Origin: Halobacteriota archaeon
GTDB taxonomy: Archaea; Halobacteriota; Syntropharchaeia; Alkanophagales; Methanospirareceae
Direction of reading: 5' to 3'
Length of the DNA stretch: 32,000 bases
Assembly: GCA_049287525.1 (NCBI GenBank)
Contig: JBAQFZ010000081.1
Location: forward strand, 1 to 32,000
Shown here: positions 17,743 through 26,705 of the stretch, in pieces
How positions within the stretch are numbered: the stretch's first letter is position 1
Layout of the letters: every line of letters starts with the position of its first letter
Position numbers and translations under genes: made by a program
Notes under the pieces: model-generated
What the model was told of the DNA's origin: nothing
Database searches by the model: none
Seen by the model: the letters and a program-made list of their open reading frames with translations, nothing else

Positions 17743-20132
17743 CGTTTAAACCATCCGTCGCCTGGTCGTGGCAGCGACTGCAGTTTTTTTCGCTTGTTCG
17801 CACTCGTTCTCCATTTCTTACGCGGTCGTGTCAGCCCGGTAGCCAGCGGCTTCTTCCTGGTGCTCACTACAAACCACGCTGCGACTACAATCGCCACGAG
17901 CAGCCCGAGCACAACAACGGTCCGTTTGAATACGGGCTGTTTCCATGCTTCTGCCATCAACGTTGCATTTGCGCTCTTGTTAGCGCTGCTTTGATTCGTG
18001 TGTTCAGCCGTGGGTACTGGTGTGCTGATATTAACCAGCGGCTCTTCCGTCAGAATAAGGTTTAGTGTTGTTGTATCGCGGTGTCCATCGTCATCTTCGG
18101 CAGCCACCGTGTACGCGCCTATCCTTGCAGTTGTGGTCTCGAACGAAGCCTCAAAAGTATTATAGTATGTCTTAGGGTCCGCTTTGACCTCTGTTATCTT
18201 CGGTTTTAAGTCCGTAGGACCTTCTACGGTAACTACTACGGGCGTTTCTACTTCTCTATTTGAAATGCCGCTAACTTTTAGTTCAGAGCCAGCCGGTACG
18301 TTTTCTATTGCATTCAGTCTCAAAAAACCTTTCTCTACTTTTAGCGTCACCACACCTAAGAGGTCGTCACTACCCGGCTGGTTCACTGTTCTATCCATTA
18401 TTAATGCAAGTATCTGCTCCGCCGTCTTTATACTGAGGTCAATGGTGTAATTAGCATACGTTATAGCCCTCAGCAAATCAGAGGTGCCGGTTTTGGTGCC
18501 CCATTCTTCGTCACTACCGTAGTTCAACACCACTATCAAGTACATGCCGGTATCCGCGTCTTTAGGGACAGTTATATCGTCTGTTTCGAATTTCCCATCG
18601 GTCACATCACGGAGAAAGTGTGTGAGACCAGGAACGTTATGACCGTTGGTTTCCACCAATATATCATCAGGGTCTAAACCGTGACCATTGCCGCCTTTTG
18701 GCGCTATTGTTAAAATATATACGCGGTCCCTACCCGGAGCAGTTCCTTTTATCGTGAAGTCATCACCCTGCGCTACAAACGTTTTGTCCACATCGGCAGT
18801 CAAGCCCCCTCGCAGTAGTATCACGGTTTTAGAAGCGTCAGGTGGGTCTTGTTTGGGGTTTGAAAGTGGCAATGCCCATACTTCTATCTTATACGAACCC
18901 GGAGGCAGTCCAGTGGTATTCCAATTTTTCTCATATTTAAAGTTATCTACAGTAATATTCTCCTGTAAAACTCCTTCTATCTTTACCAGTACCTCTTGTG
19001 TCTTAGAGGGTACAGTTACAGTACCCTTAATTGTAAGCTCCTCACCAATATAATACAAGTCTTTTTTAGGCTCGATATCTATTGTTACAACATACGGCTT
19101 AACTTTTATCCATATTTTATCTGTGGTATTAGCAATGAGTTCAGTTGCAGTGAGTCTATAAGTGCCGGTATCATTGAATGTTGCTTTTATTTTAAAACTG
19201 CCATCTTTATCTGATTTACCGGAGACTATATGTCCGCTTATGTTGGTTGTATTCTCATATGTGGAAACTTTTATAAACTGCACATTTGATGCAATTCCGT
19301 CTGTTACTTCTAAGGTAACGTTTGTATGTGGTGTGGTTTTAACAGTAAATTCCACTTCGCGCCCGAGCGCTATTCCTTCGTCTACCTCTTCTTTTATCAG
19401 GTCTGATTCTATCTTCTCGATACCTTTAGCCCTCACCTCAAAAGAAACCGAAGGACCTTCCACATCCAGTCCATTATTCGTATCAGGGTCGGTTTCTATA
19501 CTGAGTGTGTACGTACCAGTATCAAGCCCGGTGGTGTCAATAGAACGTTCGCCAATGCCACTTACGTTAATATCCGTAAGCGGTACGCCATTAATTTTAT
19601 ATAATCGTACCCCGCGTGGGTCTAAGAGTTTATAGGAGAATTTGTTTGGGGTATTGTTTGACAAAGTGCTTTTAATCAAGCCCAAATTCATAGTTATCGG
19701 TTCAAAGGTAATATTATCTCCTCTTATAACCCATTTAAATTCTTCCCCTCTTACTTTGGTTCTGACGTTTAGTTTTGGCATGTCGAAGAATATACTAGTC
19801 CTTTCCATCCCGTTCATATCCGTGACTTTATACCATCCTTCTGGCGGTTTTTCATCCCTGGAATTAAATGGTTTGTCAGGTCCAAAGTGAAAAGATATAT
19901 CACTATTCTCCTTATTTATTAAATCACCTTCTGGTATTAAAGCGCTGCGGTTATCAACAAACCTCAGATTCGTCTCGCCGATGATCGCAGCAGTACCATT
20001 TGCCTTATCACCAATAGCCCTTCCCTCCTCAGGACTAACACCAGCATACGCCGGCATGATGATGATAAATAATAAAATCAAAATAAATGCAGAGACGCCC
20101 GGTAAATTTCCCTTCTTCTTCATGCGTACCAC
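17739..20132 (-). CDS. Large secreted, membrane-anchored surface (S-layer or adhesin-like) protein with repeated Ig-like modules
   Basis: 797-aa ORF. It has a Sec-type signal peptide (KKKGNLPGVSAFILILLFIIIMPAYA) and at least 5 recurring G-x-Y-x-[LIV] strand motifs (GTYTLSI, GTYRLTA, GSYKIEV, GMYLIVV, GAYTVAA). Many N-x-S/T sequons are present, along with a C-terminal TM helix (VVVLGLLVAIVVAAWFVV) and a basic tail of about 45 aa. Confidence 0.7.
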   Translation of the reverse strand: MVRMKKKGNLPGVSAFILILLFIIIMPAYAGVSPEEGRAIGDKANGTAAIIGETNLRFVDNRSALIPEGDLINKENSDISFHFGPDKPFNSRDEKPPEGWYKVTDMNGMERTSIFFDMPKLNVRTKVRGEEFKWVIRGDNITFEPITMNLGLIKSTLSNNTPNKFSYKLLDPRGVRLYKINGVPLTDINVSGIGERSIDTTGLDTGTYTLSIETDPDTNNGLDVEGPSVSFEVRAKGIEKIESDLIKEEVDEGIALGREVEFTVKTTPHTNVTLEVTDGIASNVQFIKVSTYENTTNISGHIVSGKSDKDGSFKIKATFNDTGTYRLTATELIANTTDKIWIKVKPYVVTIDIEPKKDLYYIGEELTIKGTVTVPSKTQEVLVKIEGVLQENITVDNFKYEKNWNTTGLPPGSYKIEVWALPLSNPKQDPPDASKTVILLRGGLTADVDKTFVAQGDDFTIKGTAPGRDRVYILTIAPKGGNGHGLDPDDILVETNGHNVPGLTHFLRDVTDGKFETDDITVPKDADTGMYLIVVLNYGSDEEWGTKTGTSDLLRAITYANYTIDLSIKTAEQILALIMDRTVNQPGSDDLLGVVTLKVEKGFLRLNAIENVPAGSELKVSGISNREVETPVVVTVEGPTDLKPKITEVKADPKTYYNTFEASFETTTARIGAYTVAAEDDDGHRDTTTLNLILTEEPLVNISTPVPTAEHTNQSSANKSANATLMAEAWKQPVFKRTVVVLGLLVAIVVAAWFVVSTRKKPLATGLTRPRKKWRTSANKRKKLQSLPRPGDGWFKR

Positions 20133-20457
20133 GTAAAAGAATAATATTAGGCATGAACATATAAAACTTTCGATGTGATTGATTTACTTCTTCCCCGGAT
20201 TCTTACTTCAGTCCTTCCTTCGTTTTACCTTATTTTTGTTCTTGTATATAAAGTATAACTTCCTTCTATTTAAGACACTGATTTACACTGATTTTTTCTT
20301 TTTTGGCGGACGCGGGTCTTTCTTATACATGAACTATAATTTACAACATCTACACAAAAAGTTTGCGTAATCCCAAATTATATTTATGCGGTTCTTCTAT
20401 ATGCTATCATATCACTAAATAAAAAGAAAAGCAAAAAACGAGAACCCGGGAAATAAA

Positions 20458-21372
20458 ATGAAATCTAAGATAATCTGTTCGTTCCTGATCGTATTGGCGC
20501 TAATATCGGTAGTAACCGCAGACATTGCCCCTATTTCCAGTATAAGTGATTCAGAGGTAGGAAAAGAGGTTACAGTATCAGGCACCATCATTGCTATCTC
20601 CAATAACATCGAGACTGATACCATTCAAACATACGAGCCAGGAGAGGCATATAAAGAGATCATTCTCGTCTTTACACAGAACGACAAAATAAGAACATAC
20701 GAGGTGGGAGAGGCGGCAGGTATTCTAACGCTGAATGATAAAACCGGCAAGGTATTGGTGAGCGTTGAGCTTTTACTTTTAAAAGAGCCTTTACTCGAGG
20801 GTCAAAAGGTTGTGGTAACAGGATTATATGCTGGTAAATATGCTGGTGAAGGCTTAATCTATGCCGACCGGGTGTATCCGTACATGGAACGTGGCTATCG
20901 CGATATAACGGTTAAAGAACTTCTGGACAACCCCGTGCTGTATTTCCAGTCCCCCGTGCGTATAAAAGGCAATGTAACACAAATAGACCTCACAGCCGGT
21001 AAGACGGAGCTGAAGGTTGACGATACTACGGCTACGGTTGACGTTTTATTCCGTAAAGAACTGGCGGGTCTAACGATAGACGAAGGTATAGCCATAGAGG
21101 GCGAATTTCAAAGGAATAAGATATACGCATTTACCGTGAAGGCAGAGAAGCCCGAGCCGACACCGACTGCTACGCCCACACCAACTTCCACGCCCACACC
21201 GGCTCCCACCGCAACACCTACACCTGCGGTATTAACCACGCCGGCACCACCAGAGAAAGAAGCGGGTTTGCCTTTCTACATCCTCGTAATTATCATAGCT
21301 GTCGTGGCAGTAGTGGGAGTATTCGCGGCAATCAAGCTAAGAGAGTGGCTCATGTTCAGGCGTTTTAAGTAA
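20458..21372 (+). CDS. Surface-tethered protein with two OB-fold-like modules, a Pro/Thr linker and a C-terminal TM anchor
   Basis: 304-aa ORF with a Sec signal (MKSKIICSFLIVLALISVVTA). There are two modules with OB-like strand patterns (GKEVTVSGTIIAIS...GQKVVVTGLY and SPVRIKGNVTQIDL...EGIAIEGEF). The PT-rich linker is encoded at 21151-21252, followed by TM FYILVIIIAVVAVVGVFAAI and KLREW..RRFK. Confidence 0.6.
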   Translation: MKSKIICSFLIVLALISVVTADIAPISSISDSEVGKEVTVSGTIIAISNNIETDTIQTYEPGEAYKEIILVFTQNDKIRTYEVGEAAGILTLNDKTGKVLVSVELLLLKEPLLEGQKVVVTGLYAGKYAGEGLIYADRVYPYMERGYRDITVKELLDNPVLYFQSPVRIKGNVTQIDLTAGKTELKVDDTTATVDVLFRKELAGLTIDEGIAIEGEFQRNKIYAFTVKAEKPEPTPTATPTPTSTPTPAPTATPTPAVLTTPAPPEKEAGLPFYILVIIIAVVAVVGVFAAIKLREWLMFRRFK

Positions 21373-21435
21373 ATATGAGTAGAATATGAGGGCATAGCAT
21401 AGATAGTTAGAGTAAAGGATTGGATTAAAGAGTTT

Positions 21436-23310
21436 ATGAAGATAAAGTTTGGAGCAAGTAAGGATAGAGCGAAGACGAGTGGACCATCGGTGAAACCGCG
21501 CGTAAGAAAGGCAATGGGCGAACTGATGGGAATAGAAAAAGCCGAGAAGATACAGGCGCGGATAGTGAAGAAGAAGAAGGAAATCACAGAACGAGCAAGG
21601 GCGAAAAAAGATGAAACACTGATAAAACGTGCAGAATACGGAGAACAAGCAGCAATCACCGTTTTAGACCGGATACGTGCCGATAAAAAACGCGTCGAGG
21701 CGGAGCTGGCGGGTGTAACTGCCACATCAGAGCAGCAGAAAGACCCGGCTATTAGTGATGGTAGTGCTCCGGTTGAAGTCACTTCCCCTCCTCTCTCTCT
21801 CTCTCGAAACGCAGAAGCAGGAGTTGAGCTGGTGCCGGCGCAAGAGCAGACAGAAGGAGAAGAAGAAGAAGGGGTATACATAGAACGGTATCCCGTCATA
21901 GAGCCGTATGCGTACGTTACGATTACCGCGACCGTACCTCATATCTACAAGGTTTCTGAGGTAAGACTTACGAAAGGCGAGGCGGAACTCCTAAAAGGGA
22001 TTAAATCACGGCTATATGAGACGATAGATGTGAGTTATTCGGGCGTGGTGGACACCGAGCAGCTCCTGAGGGATAAAGTGAATGCGATTATTGATGAATT
22101 CGCAGTGGGGCAAGTCTTGACCCCTGATAGCCTGAATAAGATATTATATTACGTAAAGCGAGATTTCATGGGTTTCGGTAAACTGGACCCGGTCTTGCAC
22201 GATAAAATGGCTGAGGACATCTCCGCAGACGGACCCGGAATTCCGGTCTTCGTCTATCATCGTGCTTATCATTCGATAGAAACGAATATCATATTTGATG
22301 AGGACGAATTAGACTCGCTCATCTACAAAATGGCGCAGCGTTCAGGCAGGCACATCTCGCTGGCTAAACCTCTCTTAGATGCTGCTCTCCCCAATCAGGA
22401 CAGATTGCAATTGAGCATCGGGTCGGAAATTACCACCAGAGGGTCTACCTTTACGATAAGGAAATTCAAAGAGGTTCCCATTACCGTGATAGACCTTGTA
22501 AATTTCGGTACGTTCTCGCTTGAAATGATTGCGTATCTCTGGATGGCAGTAGATAATGGCTCCAATATACTTGTCGCAGGTGGTACGGCGTCTGGTAAAA
22601 CCACGGTTCTAAATGCTATTGCCATGTTCATAGCGCCGGAGAGTAAAGTGGTAACCCTCGAAGATACGCGTGAGATAAATTTAATCCATAACAACTGGAT
22701 TCCAGCAGTAACGAGGGAGGTAGAAGAAGGTTCGCACGGTGTGGAAATGTTCGATTTGCTGAGGTCCGCGCTCAGACAAAGACCGGAATATGTGCTGGTG
22801 GGTGAGGTGAGGGGGAAAGAAGCACATACCCTTTTCCAGGCGATGGCGACGGGACACATCACGATGTCAACGTTTCATGCGGACTCTGCGGAGACCATAG
22901 TAAAGAGGCTGACGAAAGAGCCAATAAACGTCCCTTTAATGTTGCTCGACAGCCTGAACGTAATAGCGCTGCAGAGGATGGTGCGAGTGAGCGGCAAAGG
23001 TGCCCGGCGGTGCGTAAAGATAATAGAAGTAACAGGCGTTGATTTTGAGAACGAGATGCTAAAGGCGAACGAGCTATTCAGATGGCGACCACAGGATGAT
23101 TTTGAATTCTCGGGCGAATCATCGGTATTCGTCAAGATTATGGAGAAGTTAAACATGAACGAGGATGAATTAGGTGCGGAGTTTGCACGCAGACGGAGGA
23201 TTCTGGCAGGGTTGCAAAAGAGGGCTATGGGGGAGTTCCAGTCGCTAAATAAGATGTTACATGATTATAGGATAGACCCCGGGGGAACAGAGGAGGAATA
23301 TGGGATATAA
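21436..23310 (+). CDS. Type II/IV secretion-family ATPase, archaeal FlaI/ArlI-PilB type (pilus assembly ATPase) with a charged N-terminal extension
   Basis: 624-aa ORF. Walker A is VAGGTASGKTTVLNA, Walker B/Asp box is KVVTLEDTREI, there is RQRPEYVLVGEVRG, and the His box is GHITMSTFHA. The first ~155 aa are K/E-rich and low complexity. Confidence 0.85.
   Translation: MKIKFGASKDRAKTSGPSVKPRVRKAMGELMGIEKAEKIQARIVKKKKEITERARAKKDETLIKRAEYGEQAAITVLDRIRADKKRVEAELAGVTATSEQQKDPAISDGSAPVEVTSPPLSLSRNAEAGVELVPAQEQTEGEEEEGVYIERYPVIEPYAYVTITATVPHIYKVSEVRLTKGEAELLKGIKSRLYETIDVSYSGVVDTEQLLRDKVNAIIDEFAVGQVLTPDSLNKILYYVKRDFMGFGKLDPVLHDKMAEDISADGPGIPVFVYHRAYHSIETNIIFDEDELDSLIYKMAQRSGRHISLAKPLLDAALPNQDRLQLSIGSEITTRGSTFTIRKFKEVPITVIDLVNFGTFSLEMIAYLWMAVDNGSNILVAGGTASGKTTVLNAIAMFIAPESKVVTLEDTREINLIHNNWIPAVTREVEEGSHGVEMFDLLRSALRQRPEYVLVGEVRGKEAHTLFQAMATGHITMSTFHADSAETIVKRLTKEPINVPLMLLDSLNVIALQRMVRVSGKGARRCVKIIEVTGVDFENEMLKANELFRWRPQDDFEFSGESSVFVKIMEKLNMNEDELGAEFARRRRILAGLQKRAMGEFQSLNKMLHDYRIDPGGTEEEYGI
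21791..21804 (+). repeat. (CT)7 dinucleotide tract inside the ATPase coding region
   Basis: ctctctctctctct at 21791-21804 encodes part of ..SPPLSLSR.. within the N-terminal extension. Confidence 0.9.
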
Positions 23311-23312
23311 TA

Positions 23313-24221
23313 ATGCGGTGCGGTGAAGATGCAGACGGAAGGGAAGGTATAAACATAGAAGGAATCGCATATAGACTCTTCGGCAGCTACTTCTTGCAGC
23401 GGAAAGCGAAATTCACAGCTCTAAGCGAGGAACTGCTGAAAGCAAGGTTATACACCCCGGCTGAGAAATGGCTATCAAAAGCGGCTTTATACGCCACAAT
23501 CGCCGTCTTTTGCGTTGTTCTCATATATATAATGTTCAGGCTTATCTTGACCCCTGCACTTGACCTCGGTCCTTTTGGTTTACTGGATGCGATCCTCATC
23601 GTCAGCAGCAGCTTAATTTCCTCTGTCGCCACGTTCTTTGGCTACTATTCATACCCGAAGATACTGGCATGGGAAAGAGGCGGTAAGATAGACAAGTCGC
23701 TCCCTTATGCTATCAGTTATATCTCCTCCATGGCAGCCGTGGGTGTTATTCCCTACATGATCTTCAAGAAACTATCAGAGGCAGAGGCGACGTATGTGGA
23801 AGTGAGCAGGGAGGTGAAGCTGATGGTAAGAGACGTGGAACTGTTCGGATTTGATTTCATGACCGCCCTGAAGAAGCTCGCGGCAATTACACCATCCACG
23901 AATATGCGCGCTTTCCTGCAGGGTGCAATCACAACTGCGCTTTCCGGTGGTGAAATGGGCGATTATTTCATTAATGCTTCGAGAGAATATATGGGCGAAA
24001 GAAGGGCGATGTACGAATCGCTTATAGAGACGTTGGGTTTGTTCGCTGAGGTTTATGTTATCGGCATCGTGGTGGCACCGCTATTACTTGTGGTTGTGCT
24101 CTCGATAATGTGCTTCCTCGGCAGTGCTTCTTTAGACTCCCTCGCGGCAATTGTGTATTTTGTCATTCCGCTCGGTAGCGGCGTGTTTATCATTCTTATT
24201 GAACTGGTAAGTGAGGACTAA
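23313..24221 (+). CDS. Type II secretion system F-domain membrane platform protein, first half (FlaJ/PilC N-half, TadB-like)
   Basis: 302-aa ORF starting 2 nt after the ATPase stop. It has LPYAISYISSMAAVGVIPYMIFKKLSE...VKLMVRDVELFGFDFMTALKKLAAITPS...GGEMGDYF, flanked by TM helices. Confidence 0.8.
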   Translation: MRCGEDADGREGINIEGIAYRLFGSYFLQRKAKFTALSEELLKARLYTPAEKWLSKAALYATIAVFCVVLIYIMFRLILTPALDLGPFGLLDAILIVSSSLISSVATFFGYYSYPKILAWERGGKIDKSLPYAISYISSMAAVGVIPYMIFKKLSEAEATYVEVSREVKLMVRDVELFGFDFMTALKKLAAITPSTNMRAFLQGAITTALSGGEMGDYFINASREYMGERRAMYESLIETLGLFAEVYVIGIVVAPLLLVVVLSIMCFLGSASLDSLAAIVYFVIPLGSGVFIILIELVSED

Positions 24222-24257
24222 ATATAGTTAAAAAAGATAGTAAAAAAGGAGACGAAG

Positions 24258-25208
24258 ATGGAGACAAAGGACGAGCTTCTGGCGGTTATAGAAAAGAAGA
24301 GGAAGGAGAAGGTGATAGTAACTTTCTTCTGTGACCCGCTGGGAGTCATCAGAAAGAACCCTATTCGGTTGGGCTACATATCTGGTACTATCGGTGCTGG
24401 ACTCATGCTATTAATTTATCTTTACAGTGCGTCGCATGAAGGCTGGACAGGATTTGTAGCACCGTATGATGCGTACATTTTAGCGGCTATCGCTGCTTTC
24501 GTCCCCCCCGCATATTACATGTATGCAGAGGAGAAGAGGATAAAGAAAGCGGATAATGAGTTTCCCAGCTTGCTTCGTGACCTCGCACAGGCAAAGAGAG
24601 CAGGTCTAACACTAATAGATGCGTTTAGACTCATCGCGGAAGGTGATTACGGGGTACTTACAGACGGGTTGCGGACCGCTACCTATCAACTCACATGGGG
24701 TGTCCCGTTCGAGGATGCACTGAGGATGTTTGCAAAACGTTATCCCACACGAATGATAAACCGTTCCATAGAGATGATAATAGAAGGGTACAGAGTGGGA
24801 GGAGACGTGGGCAACATCCTGAAAATTGCTGCGGAGGACGTTAACGAGTTGAAAGCGCTGGAGAAGAAGAGAACTGCGGATATGACGCCTTACATCGCCA
24901 TCTGCTACATCACCTTCGGTGTCTTCTTACTTATCTTACTGGTACTGTACAAAACGTTCATACCCATGATGTCACAGGCTGCGACGGAAGTCACCGGCGC
25001 GGGGATGGGGGGCGCGATAATGGTAAAGGTAGATACGGTACGGATGAAGATGATTTTATTCCATTGTGGTATACTACAGGGAATTTGCTCGGGCTTTGTA
25101 GCAGGTAAACTAGGGTCAGGTAAGATTATAGCGGGGTTGAAGCATGCGTTACTATTAGCAGCCGGGTCATTTGCTCTGTTCGCCCTCCTGGAGTTCGCTC
25201 CGATTTAG
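24258..25208 (+). CDS. Type II secretion system F-domain membrane platform protein, second half (FlaJ/PilC C-half, TadC-like)
   Basis: 316-aa ORF with AAGGAG upstream of its ATG. It has FPSLLRDLAQAKRAGLTLIDAFRLIA...WGVPFEDALRMFAKRYP...GGDVGNIL, flanked by TM helices. Confidence 0.8.
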   Translation: METKDELLAVIEKKRKEKVIVTFFCDPLGVIRKNPIRLGYISGTIGAGLMLLIYLYSASHEGWTGFVAPYDAYILAAIAAFVPPAYYMYAEEKRIKKADNEFPSLLRDLAQAKRAGLTLIDAFRLIAEGDYGVLTDGLRTATYQLTWGVPFEDALRMFAKRYPTRMINRSIEMIIEGYRVGGDVGNILKIAAEDVNELKALEKKRTADMTPYIAICYITFGVFLLILLVLYKTFIPMMSQAATEVTGAGMGGAIMVKVDTVRMKMILFHCGILQGICSGFVAGKLGSGKIIAGLKHALLLAAGSFALFALLEFAPI

Positions 25209-25232
25209 AGCTGGCGGGGATGATAAAATAAA

Positions 25233-26675
25233 GTGTTCGCAAACCTGAAAACGGTGTTAAAGGATCTTGGTAGTGTTTTAATTATTCTTGGAGTTCTTAT
25301 GCAGGTATTGCTCGTTGTTGCTTTTGTCTTCAGAGAATTTTACGTGATGAAATTTGTAGTATTCACAGGTATTATCGTCTTAGCTCTGGGATTATTGCTC
25401 ATGCACTGCTTCAAGCATGCACGAGAGACAGAATATAAGCATGCAATGACATGTGCGGCATTGGTGTGGCTGGTCGTTCCGGCTTTCAGCTCACTCCTTT
25501 TCATCTTGATAAATGGAATGAGTCCATTGGATTCCTTATTTGAAGCGATGTCCGGTTGGACCGGGACGGGATTTACGATGATTGCGCATCCTTCTTTGCT
25601 TACGCACACCATGCAGTTCTGGAGAAGTCTGATGCAGTGGGTGGGTGGTGTTGGTGTGATTGTCTTGATGCTTTCCATCCTGGCGCGTCCCGGTACGGGT
25701 GCATATACATTGTATAAAGCAGAAGGGAGGGAGGTGAAGATAAAACCGAGTATTATGTCCACGGTGAGGATGACATGGTGGATCTACCTCAGTTTAACCG
25801 CTTTTGGCATAGCTCTATTCTACATTGCGGGGATGAGCCCGTGGGCAGCGATAAATCATGCTATGACTGCCATAGGGACTGGCGGGTTCGCCATCACCGA
25901 TAATAGTATAGCTACCTATAACAATGTTTATATCGAATTGGCGATTATTCCCATAATGATTCTAGGGGCGATACCGTTTTTAGTGCATTATAAGGTGCTA
26001 AAAGGGAGTTTGAAGGCATATTTTAAAGATACGCAGTGCAAAGCTCTGGTAGTTGTGCTGGTGATTTTGCTGCTTCTCCTATTCGCATCTAATTACTCAT
26101 TATACGGAGATGTAATAAGCTCTCTCCGTTTTTCCGCTTTTCAACTTATATCCGGAATGACGTGCACCGGATTTCAGACTACGAGTGTTCAAGGCTGGTC
26201 TTCGTTCGCACTAATCATCACGAGCCTGAGTATGATAATAGGAGGGGGGACGGGTTCGACGGCGGGAGGTATGAAATTAATAAGAGCGGTGATCGTATAC
26301 AAATGGATAGCATGGTCATTACGGCGGAATTTTTTACCACCAAGAGCAATAATTTCTGTCAAACTTGGAGATAGACTCTTAGAAAAGGATGAAATAGTGA
26401 ATATAGTCTCAGAAGCGAGTTTGATTATCATCCTCTGGCTTATATTCTTGCTTGTGGGGATATGTGTTTTAACAGTGGTGGAACCACAATATCCGTTGGG
26501 CGCTCTCATGTTTGAGGTCGCATCGGCACAAGGGAATGTAGGGCTTTCTAGCGGGCTAACAAATGCCGGGATGCCATACGTTGGGAAGGTGATGCTAATA
26601 TTGAACATGTGGATAGGTCGTATAGAGATAATCCCTGTCCTGATGCTATTCAGAGCACTTGTCAAGGGTTTTTAG
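25233..26675 (+). CDS. trkH: TrkH/KtrB-family potassium uptake membrane protein
   Basis: 480-aa polytopic ORF with a GTG start. It has repeated pore-loop-like motifs (SGWTGTGF, TAIGTGGF, SGMTCTGFQ, ASAQGNVGLS). Confidence 0.85.
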   Translation: MFANLKTVLKDLGSVLIILGVLMQVLLVVAFVFREFYVMKFVVFTGIIVLALGLLLMHCFKHARETEYKHAMTCAALVWLVVPAFSSLLFILINGMSPLDSLFEAMSGWTGTGFTMIAHPSLLTHTMQFWRSLMQWVGGVGVIVLMLSILARPGTGAYTLYKAEGREVKIKPSIMSTVRMTWWIYLSLTAFGIALFYIAGMSPWAAINHAMTAIGTGGFAITDNSIATYNNVYIELAIIPIMILGAIPFLVHYKVLKGSLKAYFKDTQCKALVVVLVILLLLLFASNYSLYGDVISSLRFSAFQLISGMTCTGFQTTSVQGWSSFALIITSLSMIIGGGTGSTAGGMKLIRAVIVYKWIAWSLRRNFLPPRAIISVKLGDRLLEKDEIVNIVSEASLIIILWLIFLLVGICVLTVVEPQYPLGALMFEVASAQGNVGLSSGLTNAGMPYVGKVMLILNMWIGRIEIIPVLMLFRALVKGF

Positions 26676-26705
26676 TCGTTTTAGCGGCTCCTTTTTTAGT
26701 ATATT

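Noticed and set aside
20179-20370. 63-aa ORF in the divergent intergenic region between the surface protein and the OB-protein genes
   Set aside because: The sequence is extremely A/T-rich, and the Phe/Leu-rich product is typical of random ORFs in promoter DNA. It has no start context.
21276-21899. 207-aa minus-strand ORF across the end of the OB-protein gene and the ATPase N-terminal extension
   Set aside because: It is an antisense shadow of purine-rich (K/E-coding) sequence. The product is Ser/Phe-rich and low complexity. The sense-strand genes have strong family motifs and operon spacing.
23311-23319. TAATGCGGT at the start of the first platform gene, matching 9 nt of the 15-nt leader element
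   Set aside because: A 9-nt match is within chance expectation for this window. Here the ATG is the gene start, not a two-codon ORF.
25233-26675. trkH as a functional component of the pilus operon (only 24 nt downstream)
   Set aside because: Proximity alone supports it. TrkH is a complete, ordinary K+ transporter subunit with no known link to the pilus. Co-transcription is possible but no functional coupling is implied.
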